Both the position numbers and the translations under genes were made by a program. This document shows positions 10,786 to 20,891 of a stretch of 64,000 nt of DNA, in pieces. This DNA is from Candidatus Sericytochromatia bacterium (GTDB lineage: Bacteria; Cyanobacteriota; Sericytochromatia; S15B-MN24; UBA4093), in contig JAKFBU010000076.1 in the NCBI GenBank assembly GCA_036676985.1, positions 1 to 64,000 of the forward strand, given 5' to 3'. The notes beneath the pieces are model-generated. The model saw nothing but the letters and a program-made list of their open reading frames with translations, did not search any database and was not told the DNA's origin. Positions within the stretch are counted from its first letter, which is position 1. The number at the start of each line of letters is the position of its first letter.

Positions 10786-11445
10786 GTGCGGATCGTGTTT
10801 CTAGGAGCCCCGGGGGCCGGCAAAGGCACTCAGGCGCGCCTGTTGGCTGAAAAGCACCACATCCCGCAGGTCTCGACGGGGGACATCCTCCGAGCGGCGG
10901 TCCGAGAGGGCACGCCGCTTGGCGTCGAGGCCAAGGGCTATATGGATCGCGGCGAACTGGTGCCGGATCAGCTCATGATCGGGTTGATCCGGGATCGCAT
11001 CGCCTGCGAGGATTGCGTGAAGGGCTACATCCTGGACGGGTTCCCCCGGACCCTGGAGCAGGCCCGCGCGCTGGACGAGATGCTCGCCTCGGTGGGCGCG
11101 CCGCTGGATGTCGCCATCGACTTCCACGTGCCCAACGAGGAGCTGCTCCGTCGCCTCACCGGGCGGCGGGTCTGCCGCAGCTGCGGCGCCTCGTTCCACG
11201 TGGTCAGCGCCCCGCCCCAGCATGACGGGGTGTGCGACCACTGCGGCGGCGAGCTGTATCAGCGCGCCGACGACAACGTAGAGACCGTGTCCAAGCGTCT
11301 CGAGGTCTACACGGCCCAGACGGCGCCCATCACGGGCTACTACCGCCAGCGGGACATCCTCCACGAGGTGGATGGCACGCGTGGCATCGAGGAGATCCAG
11401 GCGGGGCTCGAGCACATCCTGATGGGTGTGTCGGGCGCCAAGTAA
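10786..11445 (+). CDS. adk: Adenylate kinase (Zn-lid type)
   Basis: GAPGAGKGT P-loop, LDGFPR, CxxC...CxxC lid. Confidence 0.99.
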   Translation: MRIVFLGAPGAGKGTQARLLAEKHHIPQVSTGDILRAAVREGTPLGVEAKGYMDRGELVPDQLMIGLIRDRIACEDCVKGYILDGFPRTLEQARALDEMLASVGAPLDVAIDFHVPNEELLRRLTGRRVCRSCGASFHVVSAPPQHDGVCDHCGGELYQRADDNVETVSKRLEVYTAQTAPITGYYRQRDILHEVDGTRGIEEIQAGLEHILMGVSGAK

Positions 11446-11467
11446 TGTTTTCGGGTACGACCGGTCG

Positions 11468-12226
11468 ATGATTACGACGAAGAACGAGCGCGAGATCGAA
11501 TCGCTCAAGGCTGCCGGCCGCGTGGTCGGCAAGCTCTTGGCGTTCTTGCGCGCGCAGGTCGTGCCCGGCATCTCGACCAAGGAGCTGGACGTCATGGGCG
11601 AGGAGTTCATCCTCGCGCAGGGCGCCATCCCGGCCTTCAAGGGCCTGTACGGCTGTCCGTGCACGATCCTCACCTCGGTCAACGAGGAGGTCGTCCACGG
11701 GCTGCCGAATCGGCGTAAGCTCAAGGAGGGTGACATCGTGTCGCTCGACATGGGCGCCATCGTCGAGGGGTATTACGGGGACGCCGCCATCACGGTGCCG
11801 GTCGGCAACGTGACGGATCCGGTGGTCCGCAAGCTCCTGGAGGTGACCGAGGCCAGCATGTACCGCGGCATCGAGCAGGTCCGTCCGGGCAACCGGATCG
11901 GCGACATCGGGCACGCGGTCCAGACGCTCGCCGAGAGCAACGGTTTCTCGGTGGTGCGCGAGTACGTGGGCCACGGCATCGGCCGTCAGTTGCACGAGCC
12001 GCCCCAGGTCCCCAACTACGGGACCCCGGGCACGGGACCCGTCATCAAGGCGGGCATGGCGTTTGCCATCGAGCCGATGATCAACATCGGCCAGCCCGGG
12101 ACCAAGGTGCTCGGCAACAAGTGGACGGTCGTCACTCGGGACAAGAGCTGGTCCGCTCACTTCGAGCACTCGGTCCTTGCGACCGAAGAGGGGCCGCTCA
12201 TCCTCACCCGCGAGGAGGGACGCTAA
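11468..12226 (+). CDS. map: Type I methionine aminopeptidase
   Basis: SVNEEVVHG, GHGIG..LHE, AIEPM, SAHFEH. Confidence 0.98.
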   Translation: MITTKNEREIESLKAAGRVVGKLLAFLRAQVVPGISTKELDVMGEEFILAQGAIPAFKGLYGCPCTILTSVNEEVVHGLPNRRKLKEGDIVSLDMGAIVEGYYGDAAITVPVGNVTDPVVRKLLEVTEASMYRGIEQVRPGNRIGDIGHAVQTLAESNGFSVVREYVGHGIGRQLHEPPQVPNYGTPGTGPVIKAGMAFAIEPMINIGQPGTKVLGNKWTVVTRDKSWSAHFEHSVLATEEGPLILTREEGR

Positions 12227-12325
12227 GTCCCGCCTCGGAGATCCTTTCAAGTCGGGCTCAAATGGCCGTTTCGCGCGGCTTGAGGGGCTCAAAGGCTCGA
12301 AAGGTTAATAAAGGAGTAAGGTACA

Positions 12326-12439
12326 ATGAAAGTTCGTGCATCGGTGAAGCCGATTTGCGACAAGTGCAAGGTCATCAAGCGCCATAACAAGGTGATGGTG
12401 ATCTGCGAGAACCCGAAGCACAAGCAGCGCCAGGGTTAA
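12326..12439 (+). CDS. rpmJ: 50S ribosomal protein L36
   Basis: Read by hand (below ORF-track size): [37 protein letters not shown]. Confidence 0.99.
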   Translation: MKVRASVKPICDKCKVIKRHNKVMVICENPKHKQRQG

Positions 12440-12452
12440 TGTAGGAGGATCA

Positions 12453-12821
12453 ATGGCACGTATCGCTGGTGTCGACTTGCCCCGCGAGAAGCGGATCGAG
12501 ATCGCACTCACCTATATCTTCGGGATCGGGCTGAAGACCAGCCAGGACATCCTGGCCAAGACCGGCATCAACCCCGACACCCGTACCCGCGATCTCACCG
12601 AGGACGAAGTGGCCAAGCTCCGCGAGGAGATCGACCGCAATCGTCAGGTGGAAGGCGACCTGCGCCGCGTCATCTCGATGAACATCAAGCGGCTCATCGA
12701 GATCGGTTCGTTCCGTGGCATCCGTCACCGTAAGGGTCTGCCGGTTCGCGGCCAGCGCACCAAGACCAACGCTCGGACCCGCCGCGGCGCCAAGAAGACC
12801 GTCGCCGGTAAGAAGAAGTAA
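12453..12821 (+). CDS. rpsM: 30S ribosomal protein S13
   Basis: [10 protein letters not shown]...[16 protein letters not shown]. Confidence 0.99.
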   Translation: MARIAGVDLPREKRIEIALTYIFGIGLKTSQDILAKTGINPDTRTRDLTEDEVAKLREEIDRNRQVEGDLRRVISMNIKRLIEIGSFRGIRHRKGLPVRGQRTKTNARTRRGAKKTVAGKKK

Positions 12822-12918
12822 CGTAGCCAAAGCGCGCCTCTGCTGGCGCGCGTTGTAAACCGGGTGGCTTAATCCCCAGCCGGGATGAAGGCGTCATCTG
12901 TTTTGAAAGGAGATTCCC

Positions 12919-13308
12919 TTGGCTAAGCCTACTGCTAAGCCGAAGCGCCGTGAACGCAAGAACGTTCACAGCGGGGTGGTCCACATTTCGTCCACCTTCA
13001 ACAACACGATCGTGTCGATCACCGACCCCAACGGGGGCGTGATCTCTTGGGGTTCCGCGGGAACCGTGGGGTTCAAGGGTGCCAAGAAGGGCACTCCGTT
13101 CGCCGCCCAGCAGGCCGCCGAGCATGCCGCGACGCGCGCCATGGAGCATGGCATGCGCACCGTCGAGGTGTTCGTGAAGGGTCCCGGCTCCGGCCGTGAG
13201 ACCGCCATCCGCGCCCTGCAGGCCGCCGGCCTCGAGGTGAGCGTCATCAAGGACGTCACCCCGATCCCGCACAACGGCTGCCGCCCCCCCAAGCGCCGTC
13301 GCGTCTAG
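12919..13308 (+). CDS. rpsK: 30S ribosomal protein S11
   Basis: STFNNTIV...[18 protein letters not shown]; TTG start. Confidence 0.99.
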   Translation: MAKPTAKPKRRERKNVHSGVVHISSTFNNTIVSITDPNGGVISWGSAGTVGFKGAKKGTPFAAQQAAEHAATRAMEHGMRTVEVFVKGPGSGRETAIRALQAAGLEVSVIKDVTPIPHNGCRPPKRRRV

Positions 13309-13324
13309 TTGAAGGAGGAAGACT

Positions 13325-13945
13325 TTGGCTCGTCATACCGGTCCGGTCTGCCGTCTCTGCCGTGCGGAAGGCATCAAGCTGTTCCTCAAGGGTGAGAAGT
13401 GCAACTCCGGCAAGTGCCCCATCGTTCGTCGCTCGTATCGTCCCGGCCAGCACGGCCAGGCTCGCCACAAGGTCTCGGAGTACGGTCTCCGTCTGCGCGA
13501 GAAGCAGAAGGCCCGTCGCTTCTACGGCCTCGGTGAGAAGCAGTTCGTTCGCTACTACGAGCTCGCCACCCGCAAGAAGGGTGTCACCGGCGAACGCCTC
13601 CTCCAGCTCCTCGAGACCCGTCTCGACAACGTCGTGCACCGTCTCGGCTTCGCTCCGAGCCGCCCTGCGGCCCGTCAGATGGTCGGCCACGGTCACTTCA
13701 CCGTCAACGGCCGTCGCGTCGACATCCCGAGCTTCCGCGTGAAGGTCGGCGACAAGATCGGCGTCATGGAGAACAGCGGCGACGCCGTCAAGGTGATGGC
13801 CGCGAAGACCCCCATCGCTAAGACCCCCAACTGGCTGACCGTCGACCTCGACAAGCTGTCCGGCTCGGTGGTGGCGATCCCCGCCCGCGAGGACATCGAC
13901 ACCCCGGTCCGCGAGAACCTGATCGTCGAGTACTACTCCCGCTAG
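13325..13945 (+). CDS. rpsD: 30S ribosomal protein S4 (four-Cys zinc form)
   Basis: CRLCR...KC..GKC; LETRLDNVV; IVEYYSR. Confidence 0.99.
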   Translation: MARHTGPVCRLCRAEGIKLFLKGEKCNSGKCPIVRRSYRPGQHGQARHKVSEYGLRLREKQKARRFYGLGEKQFVRYYELATRKKGVTGERLLQLLETRLDNVVHRLGFAPSRPAARQMVGHGHFTVNGRRVDIPSFRVKVGDKIGVMENSGDAVKVMAAKTPIAKTPNWLTVDLDKLSGSVVAIPAREDIDTPVRENLIVEYYSR

Positions 13946-14008
13946 TAGTCTCCGACAGGCTCTTGGACACCCCAGCGGCCCCTGTGGGCCAACGATAAAG
14001 AGGAACGA

Positions 14009-14989
14009 ATGGACAAGCCGAAAATCGAACTCGTCGAGTCCTTTAAGACTCCCGAGGGTCTCACCTATAGCAAGTTCGTCGCCGAGCCCCTGGAGCGCGG
14101 TTACGGCACCACGCTCGGCAACGCGCTTCGCCGCGTGCTCTTGAGCGACATCGACGGGGCGGCCATCACGGCCATCCGCATCGAGGGCGTGCCGCATGAG
14201 TTCACCACCATCCCCGGCGTCGTCGAGGACGTGGTGGACATCGTCCTGAACCTCAAGGGCGTGGTGCTCAAGCTCCACGCCGGCGACACCAAGACCGCGC
14301 ACATCAGCGTGCACCGTGAAGGCGTCGTCACGGCCGGCGACATCGTCGCCGACAGTGACGTCGAGGTCATCAACCCCGAGTGGCCCATTGCGACCCTCGA
14401 CAAGGGTGCGAGCCTCGAGATCGAGCTGCAGATCGAGAAGGGCAAGGGCTTCGTGCCCGCGGACAAGAACCGCAAGCCCCATCAGGCCGTGGGTGTGATT
14501 CCCATCGACTCGATCTTCATGCCGGTCCGCAAGGTCAACTACCTCGTTGAGGACACCCGCGTCGGTCAGATGACCGACTTCGACCGCCTCAACCTCGAGG
14601 TGTGGACCAACGGTGCGGTGGATGCCACCGAGGCCGTCAGCCGCTCGGCCGACATCCTCATCCGTCACTTCGACGTCTTCGCCGACCTCGCCCGCGAGGC
14701 CCTTCCCGGCGGTGGCAAGAAGGCGGCGGCCGAGGAGACTGGCCGTCCCCAGCCGACCGATATGTCGATCGAGGAGCTGGAACTGTCGGTTCGCGCTTAC
14801 AACTGCTTGAAGCGCGCCAACATCTACACCGTCGGCGATCTGCTCAAGAAGACCGAGCGCGAGCTGATGGACATCAAGAACTTCGGTAGGAAGTCGGCCG
14901 AGGAAGTCATCGAGCGCCTGCGTGCCTTCGGGTTCAACATGGCCTCCGGTGAGCCTGGCGACGAACTCGCCGGTGCAAGAGAGGACTAA
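14009..14989 (+). CDS. rpoA: RNA polymerase alpha subunit
   Basis: [21 protein letters not shown]; [14 protein letters not shown]. Confidence 0.99.
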   Translation: MDKPKIELVESFKTPEGLTYSKFVAEPLERGYGTTLGNALRRVLLSDIDGAAITAIRIEGVPHEFTTIPGVVEDVVDIVLNLKGVVLKLHAGDTKTAHISVHREGVVTAGDIVADSDVEVINPEWPIATLDKGASLEIELQIEKGKGFVPADKNRKPHQAVGVIPIDSIFMPVRKVNYLVEDTRVGQMTDFDRLNLEVWTNGAVDATEAVSRSADILIRHFDVFADLAREALPGGGKKAAAEETGRPQPTDMSIEELELSVRAYNCLKRANIYTVGDLLKKTERELMDIKNFGRKSAEEVIERLRAFGFNMASGEPGDELAGARED

Positions 14990-14994
14990 CCCCA

Positions 14995-15351
14995 ATGCGT
15001 CACCAGAAGGCTAAGAATCTGCTTTCTAAGCCGGCCGACCAGCGTCGTGCGCTGCTTCGCAGCCTGACCACCGAGCTGCTCCGGCACGGTCGTATCACCA
15101 CCACCGAGGCGCGCGCCAAGGCGCTGCGCACGTCGGCGGAAAAGATGGTCACCCTGGCCAAGCGCGGCGATCTGCATGCGCGTCGTCAGGCCGAGGCCTT
15201 CATTCTCGACGGAGACGTCACCAAGCGTCTCTTCGCCGAGATCGCTCCTCAGTATCGCGAGCGTTCGGGCGGTTACACGCAGATCGTCAAGACGGAGCCC
15301 CGTCGCGGCGATGGCGCGCCCCAGGCGATCGTGATGCTGGTCGAGGCCTAA
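14995..15351 (+). CDS. rplQ: 50S ribosomal protein L17
   Basis: MRH...ITTTEARAK...GGYT...RRGDGA. Confidence 0.98.
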   Translation: MRHQKAKNLLSKPADQRRALLRSLTTELLRHGRITTTEARAKALRTSAEKMVTLAKRGDLHARRQAEAFILDGDVTKRLFAEIAPQYRERSGGYTQIVKTEPRRGDGAPQAIVMLVEA

Positions 15352-15369
15352 CGCCTCCCGAGGGGTTCC

Positions 15370-16152
15370 GTGCGTAACATCGCCCTGCGCGTCGGTTACG
15401 ACGGGACCCACTTCGCCGGCTTCCAGCGTCAAGCCACGGACCGCACGGTCCAGGGCGCGCTCGAGGAAGCCCTCACCCGTCTGACGGGCAACAGCTTGCA
15501 AGAGCTGCGGTTCGCGGGCGCGGGGAGGACGGATGCCGGCGTCCACGCAAGTGGGATGGTGGTGAATTTCCGCACCACCAAGGGTTTGGAGGACGAGACG
15601 TGGGTGAGGGCGCTCAACGCGCTGACACCCGACGACGTCGCCGTCCTCGGAGCCCGGGAGGTCGATGAGGCCTTCCACAGCCGCTTCTCGGCGACCGCGC
15701 GATCGTACCGGTACGTGGTGCTGGCACGGAGGACCCCGGACCCCCTCCGCCGCTTCACGAGCCACTGGGAGCCCCGGCCCATGCCCGAGGTGCCCGCGAT
15801 GATCGAGGCGTTTGCCGGACTGGTGGGCACGTCCGACTTCACGGCCTTCGGGTCGACGGGGTCGAACGAACGGAGCCCGGTGTGCACGGTACACCGAGCC
15901 GAGGCCCGGCTCGAGGACGACATGCTCGTGTTCGAGATCACCGCCCAGAGCTTCCTTTACCACATGGTGCGGCGGCTCGTGGGGACGGCCTTGGAAGTGG
16001 CGAAGGGAAGGTTGGACAAGCGGGAGTTCGCGGCCCTGTACCGCGCGCCCGGCAGCAGTGGGTTCGTCCCGCTGACGGCCCCCGCTCATGGCCTGATCTT
16101 TATGAGTGCAACTTATCCCCCGCCTTATGCGGGGTTAAACGGACCCTTTTAG
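15370..16152 (+). CDS. truA: tRNA pseudouridine(38-40) synthase
   Basis: [36 protein letters not shown]. Confidence 0.97.
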   Translation: MRNIALRVGYDGTHFAGFQRQATDRTVQGALEEALTRLTGNSLQELRFAGAGRTDAGVHASGMVVNFRTTKGLEDETWVRALNALTPDDVAVLGAREVDEAFHSRFSATARSYRYVVLARRTPDPLRRFTSHWEPRPMPEVPAMIEAFAGLVGTSDFTAFGSTGSNERSPVCTVHRAEARLEDDMLVFEITAQSFLYHMVRRLVGTALEVAKGRLDKREFAALYRAPGSSGFVPLTAPAHGLIFMSATYPPPYAGLNGPF

Positions 16153-16162
16153 GAGGAACGAC

Positions 16163-16597
16163 GTGAAAACCTACATCGCCAAGCCGGAGGACATCACCCG
16201 GCAGTGGTATGTGATCGACGCCGAAGGCCAGACCCTGGGCCGTTTGGCGACCGTCGTCGCCGACCTGCTCCGGGGGAAGGGCAAGCCCCTCTTCACCCCG
16301 AACGTGGACTGCGGCGACTTCGTGATCATCGTCAACGCGGAGAAGATCCAGGTGACCGGCAAGAAGGTCACGGACAAGAAGTACATCCACCACACCATGT
16401 GGCCCGGTGGCTATCGTGAGACCACCTTCGAGAAGCTCATCAAGGCTCACCCCGAGCGGGTGATCGAGCACGCGGTGCGCGGCATGCTGCCGCACAGCCG
16501 TCTCGGCCGCGCCATCTACGGCAAGCTCAAGGTTTACGCCGGTGCGCAGCATCCGCACGCCGCGCAGCAGCCCCAGGCGTTCGAGCTGAAGAAGTAA
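16163..16597 (+). CDS. rplM: 50S ribosomal protein L13
   Basis: WYVIDA...LGRLAT...AVRGMLP...HPHAAQQP. Confidence 0.99.
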   Translation: MKTYIAKPEDITRQWYVIDAEGQTLGRLATVVADLLRGKGKPLFTPNVDCGDFVIIVNAEKIQVTGKKVTDKKYIHHTMWPGGYRETTFEKLIKAHPERVIEHAVRGMLPHSRLGRAIYGKLKVYAGAQHPHAAQQPQAFELKK

Positions 16598-16609
16598 GGA
16601 GAATCTAGC

Positions 16610-17017
16610 GTGGCAACCAAGACCAAGACTGCCGCTTATTGGGGCACCGGTCGTCGCAAGACGGCGATCGCCCGTGTCCGCCTGGTGCCCGGCACCGGCA
16701 CCGTGACCATCAATGAGCGTCCGCTCGACAACTACGTCGGCTACCGCTCGGTCCTCATTCGCGAAGTGGGCCTGCCCCTCGAGGCGACCAACAACGCGGG
16801 CCGCTACGACGTGCACGTGCGCGTCGCGGGCGGCGGGGTGACCTCGCAGGTCGGCGCCATCCGCCTCGGCGTGGCCCGTGCCCTGCTCAAGGTCGATCCC
16901 GAGTACCGCAGCAACCTGCGCGCCGAGGATCTGCTCACCCGCGATCCCCGCGCCAAGGAGCGCAAGAAGTACGGCCGCAAGAAGGCCCGTAAGCGCTTCC
17001 AGTTCTCGAAGCGCTAA
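16610..17017 (+). CDS. rpsI: 30S ribosomal protein S9
   Basis: GTGRRKTA...LTRDPR.KERKK...QFSKR. Confidence 0.99.
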   Translation: MATKTKTAAYWGTGRRKTAIARVRLVPGTGTVTINERPLDNYVGYRSVLIREVGLPLEATNNAGRYDVHVRVAGGGVTSQVGAIRLGVARALLKVDPEYRSNLRAEDLLTRDPRAKERKKYGRKKARKRFQFSKR

Positions 17018-17030
17018 GCGTTTCGATCGC

Positions 17031-17062
17031 AAGGACCCCTGCCATTCCGGCAGGGGTCTTTT
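17031..17062 (+). terminator. Rho-independent terminator after rpsI
   Basis: AAGGACCCCTGCC-attcc-GGCAGGGGTCTT followed by further Ts. Confidence 0.85.
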
Positions 17063-17131
17063 CGTGCGCCGATTACGTCAGGTACGCTCCGGGTATGCAA
17101 GGGAGGGAAATCCTGTCGGGGAGGGAGCGAG

Positions 17132-17920
17132 ATGTCCGAACAGCGGAGCGGGAAGAGCCGGCCGGTCAGCCTGGCCATCAGCCCCGGCATGCTGCTCGAG
17201 TCCGAGGGCGCCCATGAGTACGCGCACGGGGTCCAGGAGCGCCTCGACCACTGCGCCGACTACTACCTGCCCTTCACGCTCGTCGGCATCTACCTCGACG
17301 ACGTGCCCATCGGCACGGGCAGCCTGCTCAACACCGACCTGCGCAGCCAGCTCTTCGCCCGCGCCAAGACGCTCATCCAGCGCTCGGTCCGCTCGACGAT
17401 CAACGAGCGGCGCAAGATGACGGACGGCCTCTACCGCATCGATCCCCTCTACGTGGTCGCCCTCTGCAACGCGGACCGTACGAACCACCTCATCCCCGTG
17501 GGCCGGATCATCGAGGCGCTGCGCCAGGCGAGCATGATCAACGAGCTCAACGGCCGCTCGACCTTCCGGCGCCGGATCGTGGTGGGCACCGTGAGCATGG
17601 ATCCGCGCCAGGGCATGCGCACCATCCCGGATCTCACCGAGCGCCTGGTCGAGGCGGTCTACAAGGCCATCGAGGCTCCGCACCCGGATGCCTGCGAGCG
17701 CATGCGCATCGGCAAGTCCATGCACGACGAGATCCTCTACCACGACCTCGCGGTGGGCGAGGAGCGGGTGAGCCCGGCGCACGCCATCCCCCGCTCCGGC
17801 ACCGCCCCCATCGCCAAGTCCGCCTCCGGGCCCATCTCGAGCCGCGCGGCCGTCCCGGTCCGCAGCGCCTCGGCGGCCAAGGAGAATGACCCGAAAAAAC
17901 CCTTCTGGCGCTTCTGGTAG
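17132..17920 (+). CDS. Hypothetical protein, probable degenerate GGDEF-fold domain, C-terminal KKPFWRFW
   Basis: Genome-typical codon usage and RBS; motif pattern PFTLVGIYLDD / SVR / DGLYRI..YVVAL / IVVG / LVEAVYKA parallels GGDEF domains, but GG(D/E)EF is absent. Confidence 0.6.
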   Translation: MSEQRSGKSRPVSLAISPGMLLESEGAHEYAHGVQERLDHCADYYLPFTLVGIYLDDVPIGTGSLLNTDLRSQLFARAKTLIQRSVRSTINERRKMTDGLYRIDPLYVVALCNADRTNHLIPVGRIIEALRQASMINELNGRSTFRRRIVVGTVSMDPRQGMRTIPDLTERLVEAVYKAIEAPHPDACERMRIGKSMHDEILYHDLAVGEERVSPAHAIPRSGTAPIAKSASGPISSRAAVPVRSASAAKENDPKKPFWRFW

Positions 17921-17949
17921 CGCCTCGCGCCCCGACCATAGGAGGAACG

Positions 17950-19572
17950 TTGGACCTCAAGCTCCCCGGCACCGTCTTTGCTCTCTTGTCCCTCACGCTC
18001 ACCATGGGCGCCGCCAAGGCCCCCGAGCTGCCCACCCATCCCCCCGCCACCCCCGAAGAGACCGCACGCGTCATCGAGGCGTTCCGGAACGCTGCCGCCC
18101 GCTCGCTGAGCGATCGCTCCGGCGACCTCTTCGCCCTTCCCGCCAAGTACTCCTTTGTCACCGAGACGGGGCACATGGTCGTGAAGAAGGCGCACGTGCG
18201 CGGCCAGACCCTCGCCATGATGGGCACCTCCCACGGCACGAGCTGGGAGTACGACACGCACATCCCCATCGTTCTCTGGGGCCCCGGCTTCATCAAGCCG
18301 GGCGTCCGCACGCCCGCTCCGGCCCAGCAGCAGGACCTGGTTCCGACCTTCGCCCAGCTGATGGGCGCGGTGCCCCCGGCGGATGCCTACGGCCGGGTCC
18401 TCGGTGAGGCCCTCCTGCCCACCCAGAAGCGCCCCAAGGTCATCCTCACGGTCGTCTTCGACCAGGGCGGCGAGGATTACTACCGGGCGCACCCGGGCGT
18501 CACGCCGCGGCTCGATCGCTTCAAGCGCGAAGGCACCTACTTCACCGAGACGCGCATCACCCACGTGGACACCGAGACGGGCATCGGCCATGCCGCCATC
18601 GGCACCGGAGCCTGGCCGAGCACCACGGGCATCTCGAGCAACAACATCTGGCTGCGCGGCATGGGCGCTCGCCGCTACTCGTTCGAGGGTGAGCAGGGCT
18701 CATCGCCCATCTTCCTGAACAGCCCGACCCTGGGCGATGCCTGGCTGCGCCAGACCGACAACAAGGCGCTCCTGCTCGGCTACTGCTACGCGGACCGCGC
18801 CGCCATCGGCATGGCGGGCCACGGCTCCATGTACCGCGGCAACAAGAAGCCCTGGGTCGTCTTCTACGACGAGAAGAAGGGCGAGCTCACCACCAACGAG
18901 GCCTACTACGAGCTGCCGGCCTACCTGAAGGGCGCAAGCCCCAAGCAGCGCTACGACGAGCTGACGAAGGGCACCGGCCAGTGGATGGGCCATGCGATCG
19001 ACGCCAAGTCGGCGGTCCGCAACACCCCGGCCTACGCGGCCTTCGACGGCGACAACATCGTCAAGCTCATCGAGCAGGAGCCCTTCGGCGCGGACGACGT
19101 CACGGACCTCATGTTCGTGACGCTCAAGTCCACCGACGCCTGCGGCCACGCCTTCGGCCACGAGTCGGACGAGGCGGGCGCGGTGCTCGCCGAGCAGGAC
19201 AAGCAGTTCGGCCGGATCCTCGACGCCCTGACGGCCAAGGTCGGCAAGGACAACGTCGTGGTCGCCTTCACGGCGGACCACGGCAGCGCTCCTCTGGTCG
19301 AGCTCACGGGCGGCAAGCGCCTGAGCGATCGCAAGCTCCTCGCGGATCTCAACCGCCAGGTCGACAAGGTCGCCAACGGCGTGAGCGTCTTCGAGTACGC
19401 CTCGGCGACCCAGCTCTTCGTCAACGAGACGGAGCGCCAGCGGAACAAGCTGACCTACCAGGACCTCAAGGCGGCCGTGCTCGCCTACCAGGTGGACGGC
19501 AAGCCGTTCTTCGTCGACGTCTTGACCCGCCCCGAGGCCCTCGAGCGCATCAAGCGCTTCCTGGTTCCCTAG
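17950..19572 (+). CDS. Alkaline phosphatase superfamily enzyme (PafA/PhoK-like), circularly permuted, with signal peptide
   Basis: RPKVILTVVFDQ, TETGIGH, STDACGH, TADHG; the normally C-terminal RSGD..GTSHG..YDTHIP..DLVPT block lies at the N-terminus. Confidence 0.9.
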   Translation: MDLKLPGTVFALLSLTLTMGAAKAPELPTHPPATPEETARVIEAFRNAAARSLSDRSGDLFALPAKYSFVTETGHMVVKKAHVRGQTLAMMGTSHGTSWEYDTHIPIVLWGPGFIKPGVRTPAPAQQQDLVPTFAQLMGAVPPADAYGRVLGEALLPTQKRPKVILTVVFDQGGEDYYRAHPGVTPRLDRFKREGTYFTETRITHVDTETGIGHAAIGTGAWPSTTGISSNNIWLRGMGARRYSFEGEQGSSPIFLNSPTLGDAWLRQTDNKALLLGYCYADRAAIGMAGHGSMYRGNKKPWVVFYDEKKGELTTNEAYYELPAYLKGASPKQRYDELTKGTGQWMGHAIDAKSAVRNTPAYAAFDGDNIVKLIEQEPFGADDVTDLMFVTLKSTDACGHAFGHESDEAGAVLAEQDKQFGRILDALTAKVGKDNVVVAFTADHGSAPLVELTGGKRLSDRKLLADLNRQVDKVANGVSVFEYASATQLFVNETERQRNKLTYQDLKAAVLAYQVDGKPFFVDVLTRPEALERIKRFLVP

Positions 19573-19586
19573 AATATCTCGCCCAC

Positions 19587-19622
19587 GTTCCGTACCGCCT
19601 ACCTGGGTAGGCGGTACGGAAC
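19587..19622. repeat. Perfect 17-bp inverted repeat (hairpin), no T tract
   Basis: GTTCCGTACCGCCTACC-tg-GGTAGGCGGTACGGAAC. Confidence 0.8.
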
Positions 19623-19699
19623 CCGCGTCCTGGTGCGCTCCGACCCACCTCCAGAGGAGGTACAATGGGGCGTCCCCAGCTTGTTGAAGGAGTTGCCCC

Positions 19700-20866
19700 A
19701 TGACCGACCAGATGCGCATCATGCTGCCCGGTCCCACCCCCTGTCCGAGCTCCGCCCTGCGGGAGATGAGCCGGCCGATGATCAACCACCGCGGCAAGGA
19801 GTTCTCCGCGATGCTGGAGCGCATCACCGAGGACCTGAAGTGGGCCTACCAGACGCGGAATGACGTCCTCATCCTCACGACCTCGGGCACCGGCGCCATG
19901 GAGAGCGCCATCGTCAACATGCTGAGCCCGGGCGATCGCGTCCTCGCCCTCATCTCGGGCGAGTTCGGCAAGCGCTTCGCCAAGATCGCCGAGACCTACG
20001 GCGCGGTGGTCGACACGGTCGAGGCCGTCTACGGCGAGCCCATCCTGCCCGCCATGGTCGAGGAGAAGCTGCGCGGCGTCACCTACAAGGCCGTGCTCTG
20101 CACCCACAACGAGACCTCGACCTCGCTGCTCAACCCCATGAAGGAGATCGCGGCCGTCATCCGGCGCGAGTGCCCGGACGCCCTCATCCTGGTGGACTCG
20201 GTCTCGGGCCTGGGCACCGCGCCCTTGGCCGTCGACGAGCTGGACCTGGACGTGGTGCTCGCCGGCGCTCAGAAGGCCTTCATGATTCCGCCCGGCCTGG
20301 CCTTCGCGGCCGTGAGCCCGCGCGCCTGGGCCGCGCACGCGCAGGCCAAGATGCCCCGCTTCTACTTCGACTACACCAAGGCCCGTGAGTTCGCCAAGAA
20401 GGGGCAGACCCCCTGGACCCCCGCCATCTCGCTGTTCTTCGCCCTCGAAGAGGCGCTCGGCATGCTGAAGAAAGAGGGCCTGGACGCCATCTTCGCGCGG
20501 CACGAGCTGCTCATGCGCATGATCCGCGCTGGCGCCAAGGCGCTCGGCCTGCGCCTGGTGGTCGAGGACGACACCTACGCCTCGCGCGCCGTCACGGGCA
20601 TCTTCCCGCCCGAGGGCATCCACCCCGGCGACCTGCGCAAGGTCATGCAGGACCGCTTCGGCTACGTGGTCGCGGGCGGCCAGGGTCCGCTCACCGAGAG
20701 CATCTTCCGGATCGGGCACTGCGGGTACTACGACGCGGCGGACATGCTGGGCATGCTCTCCGTGCTCGAGGCCTCGCTCTCGATCATGGGGGCCAAGATC
20801 CAGCCCGGAGCGGCGGTGGCAGCGGCCGAGGCCGTCCTCGCCGAGCGCCAGGCCGTCACCCGCTAG
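19700..20866 (+). CDS. Class V PLP aminotransferase (alanine-glyoxylate/serine-pyruvate family), probably acting as phosphoserine aminotransferase
   Basis: MLPGPT, SGTGAMES, HNETST, VDSVS, GAQKAFMIPPG, FRIGH; directly upstream of serA. Confidence 0.88.
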   Translation: MTDQMRIMLPGPTPCPSSALREMSRPMINHRGKEFSAMLERITEDLKWAYQTRNDVLILTTSGTGAMESAIVNMLSPGDRVLALISGEFGKRFAKIAETYGAVVDTVEAVYGEPILPAMVEEKLRGVTYKAVLCTHNETSTSLLNPMKEIAAVIRRECPDALILVDSVSGLGTAPLAVDELDLDVVLAGAQKAFMIPPGLAFAAVSPRAWAAHAQAKMPRFYFDYTKAREFAKKGQTPWTPAISLFFALEEALGMLKKEGLDAIFARHELLMRMIRAGAKALGLRLVVEDDTYASRAVTGIFPPEGIHPGDLRKVMQDRFGYVVAGGQGPLTESIFRIGHCGYYDAADMLGMLSVLEASLSIMGAKIQPGAAVAAAEAVLAERQAVTR

Positions 20867-20891
20867 CGCCCGCGCCTCATAAGGAGCAACG

